IMG/VR virus record: IMGVR_UViG_3300013126_000009
Reading direction: 5' to 3' (one strand)
DNA from: a virus
Taxonomy: Duplodnaviria > Heunggongvirae > Uroviricota > Caudoviricetes
Length of the DNA stretch: 64,000 bases
Part shown: piece after piece, positions 37,217 to 48,500 of the stretch
How positions within the stretch are numbered: the first letter of the stretch is position 1
Layout of the letters: each line of letters starts with the position of its first letter
Made by a program: the position numbers and the translations under genes
The notes under the pieces: generated by a model
What the model was told of the DNA's origin: nothing
Seen by the model: only the letters and a program-made list of their open reading frames with translations
The model's database searches: none

Positions 37217-38461
37217 ATGCTACTCACTGAAAATCAATATAGACAGTTATTGGAGGCTTTGAATTTAAAGTCACCATTTATGAATTTATCTGTAGGTAAA
37301 ATCATTGTTATTACAGCCAAAAGTAAACAGAGCGGTGAACCTTTTGATTTTAAATTCAAGGTTGTTGAGGATTTGGGTGATTCTTGGAGATTGGAGAGTT
37401 TAACCGAGGGTTCAACATTCACTGGTTTTGATTGGGTTGTTAAAAAGAACGAGGATGTAAGTGATGCTGATATTAAATCAACTTTAAAAGGTAAGAAGAG
37501 TAAAAAGGAAAGACCATATACATTAAAGAGGATTACAACAATGGATTTGGAAGACCCATCAGACATTGATGGTGAAGATGAGGCTCCAGTTGATGGTGAG
37601 GATGTTGAACATCCAGAAGAAAGTGAAATTGAACGGTTAAAAGCTTTAATGAAGGAAGAAGAGGGTTTCTTCTTTGAAACTGATAATGTTGATAAAATTA
37701 TTTTCAATGTTCTCGAAAAAACAGATGCTTATGCTGTTATCCAACTTATGAAGACTGAAGATTCAGATTATAAAGATGATGTCAATAAGCGGTTTAAATT
37801 AATGTTTAATGATGAAGCCATTGAAGAATCAGATGAGGGTGATAAATTTATTAATTTAACTAATGTTGATGATAATATTGCGGATAGGTTAGTAAATGTA
37901 ACTGATTATAATGTTACTGAATGGGTTGATAAATCTGATGATGATGATGAAGATAATCAAGATGAAAAATTATCATCGAAAGGGTTATTTAATATTATAA
38001 ATTCAGACCCTAGTCTTAAAAAGTTTTTTGTTGATAGGCCTAAACTATTGGGTTTTATTGAAGGCGCTGATTATACTGGATTGTCTAGAGTATATCAAAT
38101 ATTAAATGATAAGGGTTTTATATCTGATGACGATGAAGTCAATAATATTAGAACTGAATTTACCAATAATAGATTTGTTGAATTTAGATATTTAGAGGAT
38201 ATTACTTTAAATACAAGACCTGGTTCAAACGAATCTAAACTATTACTTAGACGTGGTTCAGATATTAAAGCTAAAATTCAAAAATCAAAAGGTAAAATAA
38301 ATTTAAAATATTCGTATAAAATAGATAATAAAAAATCTATTACAGTTAAAATCTTATTAAAAAATGAACTTGGTGGTAATAAGTTTGGTATTGAGGTTTA
38401 TACTGATAACCATATACCTAAAGAAACTACAATAAATGTCATTAAAAATAATATTTTTTAA
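37217..38461 (+). CDS. Hypothetical acidic protein with an LLTE-type N-terminal leader
   Basis: 414-aa ORF starting MLLTENQYRQLLEA. Confidence 0.75.
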   Translation: MLLTENQYRQLLEALNLKSPFMNLSVGKIIVITAKSKQSGEPFDFKFKVVEDLGDSWRLESLTEGSTFTGFDWVVKKNEDVSDADIKSTLKGKKSKKERPYTLKRITTMDLEDPSDIDGEDEAPVDGEDVEHPEESEIERLKALMKEEEGFFFETDNVDKIIFNVLEKTDAYAVIQLMKTEDSDYKDDVNKRFKLMFNDEAIEESDEGDKFINLTNVDDNIADRLVNVTDYNVTEWVDKSDDDDEDNQDEKLSSKGLFNIINSDPSLKKFFVDRPKLLGFIEGADYTGLSRVYQILNDKGFISDDDEVNNIRTEFTNNRFVEFRYLEDITLNTRPGSNESKLLLRRGSDIKAKIQKSKGKINLKYSYKIDNKKSITVKILLKNELGGNKFGIEVYTDNHIPKETTINVIKNNIF

Positions 38462-38468
38462 ATAAGTT

Positions 38469-40961
38469 ATGGTAAGTAATAATTGGGATGATATAGCTAA
38501 AAGATTAGCCGAACAGGAAGCTTTACAAAATAAAGTAAATACTAGTGCGGCTGAATATCTTAAATTAATAAAAGAGATTGGTCTTTTAGAGCAAAATATA
38601 AAAAAATTAAAAGACCAACAAGCTGAATTAGACCAAAAAGCTCGTGAGTCTGCTGCGGAAGAAGCCGCAGCTCTACAGGCTTATAATGCGCTTCAAAATA
38701 GTAATAATACCCAAGCTATAGCCGCTGCAAAACAAAAACTTAAAGAAGCAAAAAAAGCTAGCAAAGTAGCCGAAGGTTTAGTTAAATACAATAAAAAGCA
38801 AACAAAAAAATTAGAGGAGCAATTAAAAATTCAACAACAAATCGCTAAAGAAGCTAATAAAGCTAATATTGCATATGTTGAAGCTGGTAAAATTTGGAGT
38901 AAGTTACCAGGTCTAGCTCAAAGTTTTTATGGTAAATTAAAGAATTTGGCAGCGGTTCAAATGTCAAAAGACATTAAAGCTGCTGAATTAAGTATGGGTA
39001 TACTTAATGGTCAATCAAAGTTCTTTTCAAAGACAATTTCAACAGCTTCTGAATCAACAATACAGTTGGGTGTTGGTGTAAGTGATTTGGCTAAAGGACA
39101 AGCTGAATATTCAGCTGAGATAGGTAGGTCAGTAATGTTATCTGAGGCTGGATACCAAGCAATGGCTGAAATGGCTAAGGGTACAACTTTGGGTATGCAA
39201 GGTGCTGCTCAAATGGCTGCTGATATGGAGCGTTTTGGTTTGGGTGTTGAATCATCAAGAAATGCGGTTCAAGAGACTGTTGATATTGCACATAGTATGG
39301 GTGTTAATGCTGAAAAAGCGTTAAAGGGTCTTAGTAAGAATCTTAAGATTGCCAATACGTATCACTTTAAAGGTGGTGTTAAAGGTATGGCTGAGATGGC
39401 CGTATTCGCTGAAAAAATGAAAGTGGATATGGGTTCGATAGCTGGTATGGCTGGAAAAGTATTCAGACCAGAGGGTGCTGTTGAAATGGCGGCACAATTG
39501 CAGACCATGGGTGGGTCTTTTGCTAGATTGGGTAACCCATTTGAGTTGATGTTCAAAGCTAGAAATGATTTCGGTGCTTTCACAAAGGATGTGGCAAATG
39601 CAACGGCTGAATTGGCGCAATTCAATGAAAATTCTGGTGAGTTTGAAATTGGTGGTCTTCAATTGGACAGAATGCGAGAGATTGCAAAGATAACTGGTAT
39701 TAGTGAGGAACAATTATCTGAAATGGCAAAAGCTGCCGCCAAATTCAATAAGATTGAATCATTGGTTCCAAGCACATTTGAAGAAGATGATAAACAATTA
39801 ATATCATCGTTGGCACAAATGGGTGAAGATGGTCAATGGCGAGTACATATTGATAATCAAGATATGTTGCTTAATCAATTGGATACAAATGCGCTTAAAA
39901 GATATAAAGATGAAAAACAAGCCTTAGATGCTAGAGCCAAACAAGCACAGACGTTTGATGATGCTTTTAATAATTTGGTTAATCAATTTAAAACAGTGAT
40001 GTTACCATTTGTTGAAGCATTAAATACTGCTTTGGTTCAACCAATCGCTAATTTACAAGAATTATTAAAAAATGAAAATGTATTAGCTAATCTTAAATCA
40101 TTAGCTGAAAAAGTCGGTACATTAATAGGTTCTATCGGTAAGTTTATTATTGAAAACCCTGTAGCTAGTTTAGTGACGGCATTGGGTGGTACAGTTTTTT
40201 TTAATGCCGCTAAATGGTATGCTCAAGGTGTGCAATTGGGTATGGGCTTTAATAGTGTAGCTAAGGCTGGTGGTAAAAGTGGATTACAAGATTCTTTTTT
40301 AGATAAAACTCTATTAGGTAAGGGTACCAAAGGTAAAATGGTTAGAAATTTATTACCAAAAATTGGTAAAACTGGTACTAAGTTAGCTGTTGGTGGTGCA
40401 AAATTGGCAAGTGGTGCGGCAGGTTTAGGTGCTGGCTTTTTGGGTGACTTTTTAGGCGGTAAAGGTAGTGAAGCTATGGGTTTAGAAGACACCGCAATTG
40501 GTGATGCGGGTTCATTGGCTGGCGGACTTATTGGTGGTGCAATTGGTCAAACACTGATACCAATACCAGGTGTTGGGTTTGCAATAGGCTCATTGGCTGG
40601 TTCAGCATTAGGTAAGATGGGTGGTGACGCGATATCAACAAATTTTGTAGATGACGCAATCATAAAATTCAATCCACAGGATAAGATTGTATCAATGGAT
40701 GATGGTCTTGTGGCATCAACAAATAAGGGTAAAATTGATGAATTAGTTCAAGGTAAAGGTGTTAAAAAACAAAAAATTGAGTTCGGAAAGCTTGAAATTG
40801 GTGGTAAGATATCGATAGATATGCCTGGTGGAAATGTTGCCAATATTGATTTAACACGAGAGCCAGAATTTGTAAGAAAACTGTCAACTATGATACAAGA
40901 ACAGCTTAGAACTAACCTTGCAGGTGGTAAATTATCACCAAATCCGATACCGAGATACTAA
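38469..40961 (+). CDS. Tape measure protein
   Basis: Long helical Ala/Gln/Lys-rich ORF with a Gly-rich hydrophobic C-terminal region; lies downstream of tube and chaperone. Confidence 0.8.
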   Translation: MVSNNWDDIAKRLAEQEALQNKVNTSAAEYLKLIKEIGLLEQNIKKLKDQQAELDQKARESAAEEAAALQAYNALQNSNNTQAIAAAKQKLKEAKKASKVAEGLVKYNKKQTKKLEEQLKIQQQIAKEANKANIAYVEAGKIWSKLPGLAQSFYGKLKNLAAVQMSKDIKAAELSMGILNGQSKFFSKTISTASESTIQLGVGVSDLAKGQAEYSAEIGRSVMLSEAGYQAMAEMAKGTTLGMQGAAQMAADMERFGLGVESSRNAVQETVDIAHSMGVNAEKALKGLSKNLKIANTYHFKGGVKGMAEMAVFAEKMKVDMGSIAGMAGKVFRPEGAVEMAAQLQTMGGSFARLGNPFELMFKARNDFGAFTKDVANATAELAQFNENSGEFEIGGLQLDRMREIAKITGISEEQLSEMAKAAAKFNKIESLVPSTFEEDDKQLISSLAQMGEDGQWRVHIDNQDMLLNQLDTNALKRYKDEKQALDARAKQAQTFDDAFNNLVNQFKTVMLPFVEALNTALVQPIANLQELLKNENVLANLKSLAEKVGTLIGSIGKFIIENPVASLVTALGGTVFFNAAKWYAQGVQLGMGFNSVAKAGGKSGLQDSFLDKTLLGKGTKGKMVRNLLPKIGKTGTKLAVGGAKLASGAAGLGAGFLGDFLGGKGSEAMGLEDTAIGDAGSLAGGLIGGAIGQTLIPIPGVGFAIGSLAGSALGKMGGDAISTNFVDDAIIKFNPQDKIVSMDDGLVASTNKGKIDELVQGKGVKKQKIEFGKLEIGGKISIDMPGGNVANIDLTREPEFVRKLSTMIQEQLRTNLAGGKLSPNPIPRY

Positions 40962-41199
40962 TAATTTGATTTTTTTCACTAAGAGACTTGACTTTTGGTA
41001 AAAAATATTGTTAATTTGCATTAACCTAACGGGGGGAATAAAAGGGGGGCCAATATAACTAAATATATATAATTAATAATATATAATATAAATAATAATA
41101 TAATATATATTATATACTTTTATAGTATAGTGACTTATTTTGAGTATAGTAGTTTTCAATTTTCAATGATTAAACTATTTATGGTAAAGGATAAGTTAA

Positions 41200-44100
41200 A
41201 TGGATATAAGTAGTTTATCACCAAGTATTAGAGAAAGTTTACTTGCAAGGAATATTATTTCAGATACTGTTGAAGAAAATGGTCTTTCTGGTTTATTATT
41301 TGATATTGGTCAGTTAGCAAGTACTACCAATGGTACACAGAATGTTAGACCTTCTGACAATATAGAAGAACTTGGTGATTTATATAAGGATTTATTGATA
41401 ATCAATAATAAATTTCAAGGTGAACTAACAGATTACCAAAGAGTATCCATAGTAACAACACCAATTAATTATTCAGACGGACAACCGTATAATACAAGTC
41501 CAGAACCAGCAAATAGTCCAATAGTTCAAAACAGTGAATTTTATAAAGAGTTCAATGCTTTAAAGAACAAATATCAAGGTTTATTAGAGAATAATACAAC
41601 AATATCTTTAGTTACATATCAACCAACTGAAGAGACCTTTATCAATTATGATTATAGTTTAGCTGATTTAGGTACAAGTGATGATTCAAAATCATATAGG
41701 AAAAATATTACTACTAAGAACAAATATTTAGATTTTGAATCTCAAATATTAGCTGATATTATAACTACACCAGTTGTTACTGATAAGAATTTACCAAATT
41801 ATGCTGAAAGAATGGCTGGTATTGTTGGCGGAGGACCCTCTAACAACGCTTCTACGGTCATAGATAATCTTTTAGGTGGTATTGTTCCAAATTATTCAGT
41901 TAGTGGCACAGACCCGTTATTTGACGTTACAAGCCTTTTAAGTGGTGGTAGAAGCACTGATACACCAGAAACACCGTTAGGTATTATTGCTGCTGATAGA
42001 TTAGGTTTTGCAATAAGACAGAATGCTGCATTCAATTTAGTTGAAGAAACATTAGGTAATATCAATACCAATCCAATAAGTATACTTCAAGGTGATAGTT
42101 TTCTAATACCAAATTATAGTATAACCGTTGCAAAGGGTACTGCTGGAGGATTTTTGGATTATGCGGAACGCATATTAGGATTTCAAACACCAGTAAGTCT
42201 ATTATCAACAACGTCATCTATATTTTCATCAGAGAACCCTATTGGTAATATTGAAAGGGCTAACAGTATGATTGAGAATACTGGTAGAGGTCAGATTGAA
42301 GCTTTATTTTTCAATTTACGTCAAAATTTATTAAGTTCTAACGATAGAAAAAGCGGATATGCACCAGGTTTCAGAGACCCAAGAAGTCCAAATCAAGGTT
42401 TAAATGCTAATATATATGCTTTTCAAACCACTGATGGTCAAGTGATTGATATTGAATTTGGTTCAGAGAATAATCCGATATCAAGAAGTAACTATCAATT
42501 GGAAGGGATGGTTAGGGATTCTGGTTTTCAATCATTAGCTGATAAGACAATAACAGTCGATGACGGTGATGGTGGTAGTGAAACGATACCATTTACATGG
42601 GGGTTGGATAGTAGAAATTTTGATAAGAAATCAATGTTGGGTAAAACTCAACAATTATTTAATGCTGGTGCTGGTATTGATTCTATTCAAAATGAAAAGA
42701 TGAAAACTATGGTCAATGACCGTTTTAGGATTCAAGATAAGACAGAGGTTAATTCAGCTGTTGTTAATAATAACGGGTTTAGCTATGCTTCTAGGGGTAG
42801 TAATAAGGTTAAATTCAATGGTCAAACTCAGGAAAGTGACCCAGAAACAATGTTTTTCAGAACGTTTAATTCATCAAGAAGATATGATAGGGTTAATAGA
42901 TTACAGAAACATAGTGGTGTTTTAGGTAATGCTGGTACCAATCAAAGACGTAACACTGAAAAATCGGTATTAGATGATAATGGTTTTGTTAAAATAACAC
43001 CATATAGTGACCAACCATCAGATTTTAGTAGACAAGGTGACCTTTCAATACTTCCAGCTGTTGAAACTAAAAAATATATGTTTTCAATTGAGAATTTGGC
43101 ATGGGCTGGTTATGAACAAAATTTAATTCCAGAAGAAATTGGTAATGGTGACCCAACGACAGGTAAACGAGGTAGAATAATGTGGTTTCCACCTTATGAT
43201 ATGGCGTTTACTGATAACACATCAGTTAATTGGGAAAAAACAGATTTTATTGGTAGAGGTGAACCAATTTATACATACAATAATACAACTAGAACTGGTA
43301 CATTACAGTTCAAAATGATTATTGACCATCCAGCGTATTTGAATAGTTTAAAAGGTGAAAGTGATGAGTTGATAAGTTCATTCTTTGCTGGTGGTTTTGA
43401 AGTTGATGATAGAGTTAGAAGCCGACTATCAGCAAATGAATTGCAAGCTCTTGAAATAGCTAACAACCAAGCAATTGATAAAGTCAACAATACACCTCAA
43501 CCAGAGCCACCTGAATTCACAATATATTTCCCATATAATGATAGTTTATTAAGTGATGTTTTAGATAATGGTTTTGAAGATGGTTTAAGTGGCAGTACTG
43601 ACATAAATTATCAACAAAACCCAAATGGTTATGGTGCTGGTTTAGGTAGTTATGGTGACGAAGATGGAATTACTAGAACTGATTTTACAAATTATGGTCT
43701 AAACGAAGGTAAATCATCAATTCAATTTTTTGAAAGTTTAGCTGAAGGTATGACAAATTGCCAAGCCTGTAGAGTAATAATAACAACATATGGCGTTACT
43801 GGTGAATCTGATTTAGCTAGAAGGGGTCGTGGTGTTGAAATACAGAATTGGTTTGAAAATGAAATAATACAGTTTCAAGATGTTGATAGCAATGGGGCAT
43901 CATTAGTTAATAAACGTTATAAATTAGTTGATGGAGGTACAATTAATGTACCATTAGTTGATTTTAATGGAGTTCCTTTGAGAACTGATAACAAAATCTT
44001 CAAAGAAAATATAAAGGTAACAGTCCAATTCAAATTTGATTCTGTATTAGCCGAATTAATAAATCCAAACAAAAAACAACCTCAAAGAGAAACGATTGAA

Positions 44101-45228
44101 TTTAATCTTAATCAAAAAGTTAAAAGTAGATGGTATAATGAGTCGTTGTATTTTAAAAAATTAGCTCAGGAAAATAAATTTGTCTATAACTCAATAAGTG
44201 AGAAAATATCATTTTTTCACCCATCATTTCATTCAATAACACCAGAAGGTTTTAATAGTCGATTAACCTTCTTACAGCAATGTACCAGACAAGGACCAAC
44301 AGGGTTTTTTAAGGATGAAGCTGGTAACACGATAACCAATTTAAATAATGTATCAAACGCTACTAGAAATTGTAGTCCTGACAATTTAGCTTTCGGTCGA
44401 CCACCAATTTGTATACTAAGAATTGGTGATTTTTACCACACAAAGATTGTGATTGACTCAATGAACTTCAGTTTTGACCCATTAGTTTGGGATTTAAACC
44501 CAGAGGGTGTTGGTGTACAACCTATGATATGTACTGTAGACCTTAATTTCGCATTTATTGGTGGTTCTAGTTTGAGCGCACCTATAAATAGATTACAAAA
44601 TGCGGTATCATATAACTTCTTTGCAAACACTGAAATGTACAGTCCACAATCTGACACGGTTGATGGTGAGTTTGGTAATGCTACAATTAATAGAGGTAAA
44701 TACCCAACAACATTGGTTGACCCAATTGATGAAGACCCAGTTGATACTGAAGGTATTGATACAAATAACACAATTGTTCCAGATACAAATCAAGAACAAG
44801 AAGCAGATTCAGCAAATGATGCTAATCAACCACCAGTCGAGGTTTCGCCAGAACAATCTGATTTTGAACGATTAACAATCAGTAGAGCGTTCTGGGATGG
44901 CACCACTCTTAATTTTTCAATAACTAGAGTTGAGGGTACTGATAATACAGCATTGTCTAAAGATTATATAATATCTGTTAAGGTTGATGATAGCACCACA
45001 GTTAATGTATCGGCTGCGGTTCAAGATGTCCAATATCCTAACCAACAGCTTAACAGCGTTGATTTAGCTCAGACATATATTTTAGAAATCACCGCTATTA
45101 CATATGGAACCAGTGATAACCAAAATTATGATGTTAACCAGTTTGAGTTTCCTGGTCTATTAAATAAACTAACGGTTACTTTAGATGGTATAGATACACC
45201 ATTAACAGCTAACATAACAACTAATTAA
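41200..45228 (+). CDS. Large baseplate/tail protein (tube-initiator-like segments)
   Basis: WFPPYDM.F.D...VNW....FIGRGEPIYTY.NT.R and PPICILRIGDF motifs typical of gp48/gp54-like baseplate proteins. Confidence 0.65.
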   Translation: MDISSLSPSIRESLLARNIISDTVEENGLSGLLFDIGQLASTTNGTQNVRPSDNIEELGDLYKDLLIINNKFQGELTDYQRVSIVTTPINYSDGQPYNTSPEPANSPIVQNSEFYKEFNALKNKYQGLLENNTTISLVTYQPTEETFINYDYSLADLGTSDDSKSYRKNITTKNKYLDFESQILADIITTPVVTDKNLPNYAERMAGIVGGGPSNNASTVIDNLLGGIVPNYSVSGTDPLFDVTSLLSGGRSTDTPETPLGIIAADRLGFAIRQNAAFNLVEETLGNINTNPISILQGDSFLIPNYSITVAKGTAGGFLDYAERILGFQTPVSLLSTTSSIFSSENPIGNIERANSMIENTGRGQIEALFFNLRQNLLSSNDRKSGYAPGFRDPRSPNQGLNANIYAFQTTDGQVIDIEFGSENNPISRSNYQLEGMVRDSGFQSLADKTITVDDGDGGSETIPFTWGLDSRNFDKKSMLGKTQQLFNAGAGIDSIQNEKMKTMVNDRFRIQDKTEVNSAVVNNNGFSYASRGSNKVKFNGQTQESDPETMFFRTFNSSRRYDRVNRLQKHSGVLGNAGTNQRRNTEKSVLDDNGFVKITPYSDQPSDFSRQGDLSILPAVETKKYMFSIENLAWAGYEQNLIPEEIGNGDPTTGKRGRIMWFPPYDMAFTDNTSVNWEKTDFIGRGEPIYTYNNTTRTGTLQFKMIIDHPAYLNSLKGESDELISSFFAGGFEVDDRVRSRLSANELQALEIANNQAIDKVNNTPQPEPPEFTIYFPYNDSLLSDVLDNGFEDGLSGSTDINYQQNPNGYGAGLGSYGDEDGITRTDFTNYGLNEGKSSIQFFESLAEGMTNCQACRVIITTYGVTGESDLARRGRGVEIQNWFENEIIQFQDVDSNGASLVNKRYKLVDGGTINVPLVDFNGVPLRTDNKIFKENIKVTVQFKFDSVLAELINPNKKQPQRETIEFNLNQKVKSRWYNESLYFKKLAQENKFVYNSISEKISFFHPSFHSITPEGFNSRLTFLQQCTRQGPTGFFKDEAGNTITNLNNVSNATRNCSPDNLAFGRPPICILRIGDFYHTKIVIDSMNFSFDPLVWDLNPEGVGVQPMICTVDLNFAFIGGSSLSAPINRLQNAVSYNFFANTEMYSPQSDTVDGEFGNATINRGKYPTTLVDPIDEDPVDTEGIDTNNTIVPDTNQEQEADSANDANQPPVEVSPEQSDFERLTISRAFWDGTTLNFSITRVEGTDNTALSKDYIISVKVDDSTTVNVSAAVQDVQYPNQQLNSVDLAQTYILEITAITYGTSDNQNYDVNQFEFPGLLNKLTVTLDGIDTPLTANITTN

Positions 45229-45241
45229 TTTTTAATAACCA

Positions 45242-45556
45242 ATGCCTTATTTTGATAGATATGAAAAATTTAAAGTGAATGGTACTGTTAAGCCAGTGCC
45301 TGGTATAAAGATACCTATTGCGAATACAGATAAACAAGTTTTATACAAAGCTGGTGAAACAAGGCTTGACATATTGAGTCAAACCTATTATGGTAATGGT
45401 TATCATGGATTTCTAATTATGGCTGCGAATCCACAATATGGTGGTTTGGAGTTTGATATTAAAGATAGGGATATAATTAGGGTTCCATTTCCATTTGACA
45501 GTGCTGTTGAAAGATATATCAGTGCTGTTAATAGGTATAAAAACTTATATGGTTGA
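45242..45556 (+). CDS. LysM-like baseplate wedge protein (gp53/tail X-like)
   Basis: TRLDILSQTYYG......I..ANP...IRVP pattern. Confidence 0.7.
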   Translation: MPYFDRYEKFKVNGTVKPVPGIKIPIANTDKQVLYKAGETRLDILSQTYYGNGYHGFLIMAANPQYGGLEFDIKDRDIIRVPFPFDSAVERYISAVNRYKNLYG

Positions 45557-45561
45557 TAGAC

Positions 45562-48500
45562 ATGGATAATACACCAAAAATACCTAGAGCTTTATATGTT
45601 GACCCAAATAATTTGGATGATAATATATTAACTAATACACCTATTAATCATGAAGATTTATCGATATATGTCAGTTTAACCACAACATCAAAATCTCGTT
45701 CTAGAATTGTTAATGATACCCTAACAAATAGTGGTAATAATATTGGTTTTATAAATTTCATACACGGAAGTAAAGTTGGCTCTGACGATTGCGATAGGTC
45801 ACTTACGACTAGTTATACTGATATTAGTACAACTTTTGATAAACCATCAGGTGATGATTCTTTAGAAGGTTTTGGTATTACATCTATCGACATATCATTT
45901 GATACCGCATATACACCATTAGTTAAAATTAATTTTATTGACACTAGGGGTAATATGATAGCTAGAGGAAATAATTCAAAATACAGTATGTTTTTTGAAT
46001 TACCATACCCATTATTTAATTTGACGGTTAAGGGTTATTATGGTAAAGCGGTCAGTTATTGTTTACATTTAACCAAATGGAATGCCAAATTTAATTCACA
46101 AACTGGAAATTTTGAAATTGAGGCTGAATTCATAGGTTACACTTATGCAATGTTAACCGATATGTTAATTGGTTATTTAAAGGCCATACCATATACAACC
46201 ATTGGTAGTGAAGAATTTATAAATGTAAAATCAGATTATGATAAAAAGATAGTTGATGCTGATGCTTCAAAGCAAACCAACACTATAAATGATTTGTTAG
46301 AAAAACTTGCAAAATTAAAGGGTGCAATACCAGATATAAAACAAAATAGTGAAAGTTTCCAAAAATTAGCTTCGTTAAACAAAGTCAATCAAATCTTATC
46401 ACAGATAAAATCACTTAATCGAGAATTTATTTTAAGTTTAGGTGATGATGCTAATAGAATCGGTAGTGGTATAAGCGGTAATGATTTTGTATATGTAAAA
46501 GAAAAAAAAGATGATGTATTAAACGACTATAAATCTAAACTAAACGAAAAAATTTCCGAAATAAACAAATATTTAAAATCTACTAAATTTGAACCAGAAA
46601 ATATGTTACCAATTATTTCTGGACCACTTACATATCAAAAAATAAAAATTGGTGATTCAGCGAGTAATATTGAAACTTCAATTGATAATTTTATTAATGC
46701 GTCAAATAATGGTTATGATAAGACAATAGATACGGATAAAGATAGGGTAACAAATTTGATTAGAACTAATGACAGTAAATTATCAAAGTATACTGGTAAT
46801 TTTTATGTTTATGACCTCAAAAAGAATGCAATAGAGATAAATGAAATTATCGATGCTAATGAGGTATACGATAAAGAATTACGGGAAGAATTTTCTAAAG
46901 AGATTAGACGATACGGTAAGCGAAATTTTGATATAGACCCTACGATTGGAACCATATTTAGAACATTAGTTGCTAGTTGTGATACTTTTTTAAGAACAAT
47001 AGCTAGAGTGTCTGATAAAGCATCTAAATCTAACGATAGAATAAAACAACTGGAATCATTACTTAAAGCTGGTAGTTTAAATATTAAACAAAATTCGGAC
47101 ATTTATCCTTGGCCAGAATATAATAAAGATGGTAATGAAACATGGCTTGGTTCTGTAGTTGACGCCAACGAAGTTGATGAGTTAAAATTTGTTGAAGAAT
47201 TATTAGAGGCTTTAATAAAGAGTAAACGGGATGATATTAATCTTTCGTCATTTTTAAACAACCCTCCACGCACTTGGTTTTGTTTAAATCCCTTAGATAC
47301 ACCAATAAGCATTTTTGGTTACAATAAAAACCCATATTTCAGATTAGGTAATAAAGCCAAACCTGACGAATATTTTAGGTTATTAATGTATCGAATGTTT
47401 ATTTATTTAGGTATTGGTAACGCAGGTTATGATAATAATAACGTACCAAATCCAGACCTGTTAGAATTTATGGCAAAGTTTGAGGCTTGGAACATGTTTG
47501 ATGGTATAGGGTATGATGATTCCGATTTTACTAAAAAATCAGCACTTGTCGATTTTTATAAAACAGCAGATTCTGTTATCAATTCATATACAAAGGGTGA
47601 ATTTATGATTTCTGGTGATTTAAAACATCCAGCAGGTGGTACTATATATATGGATGAGGTTGCAGATGAATATAAATATACATATATTAACACTGAAGAT
47701 ACTGGTAGAGCCTACATACCGATAGATGGTGATTATGATGGTATTGCGTTCTATAATGGATTTAAGCTGATTAATAACCCAGCACTATCTGGTAATGTAA
47801 CTTCCACGTATTTAGGTAACTATGTTAATGGCACTTCTGAAGATAATAAAGTTGATGATGGTGCAACTTATTTGCGTATAATTGATTATACTACCTATGC
47901 TAATAGCGATTATACATTACCAGTAGAAAAAGCCACAAAGACCTATGATGACTATAAATCAAGTAATCTATATGGTAAATATCCAGAGGAAAACTCGTTA
48001 AATGAATCTGGCGGTGCATCAACAGATAGACCAAGATTAGTAAAAAATACCAACCCGATTGAGAGGGACAAATTTGGCGTTACCAATTTTTCTAAAGTCA
48101 AAGCGACATATGATGAAGCTAAATCAATATCTAACAGTGAAGGTTATTCGTTAATGTCACCATTATTTTTTTCAAACACAGAAAGTAACTATGGTACAAA
48201 ATTAGGTGTAAATCCAAAATACGTAGGTAGTGATAAATTAACTGTTACTGGTGGCGTTCCACAAAGGCCTGTTTTATATGAGTTTGAAAGTAACGGTAGT
48301 AATATACAAATCGTTAATAACCAAATAACTAATAATAATACCGAAAATAATGTAGTAACAGATATTAGTTTTGGTTTTTCAAAAACTGGAGCGAGTTCAA
48401 GTTATTTATGGGGTGTGAGCTTATTCGGTAGCCCTTTGTATTATGCACAATCAATATCTAAGTCCCCCGATTTAGCTAAATCATTTTTATTTTTAAACAC

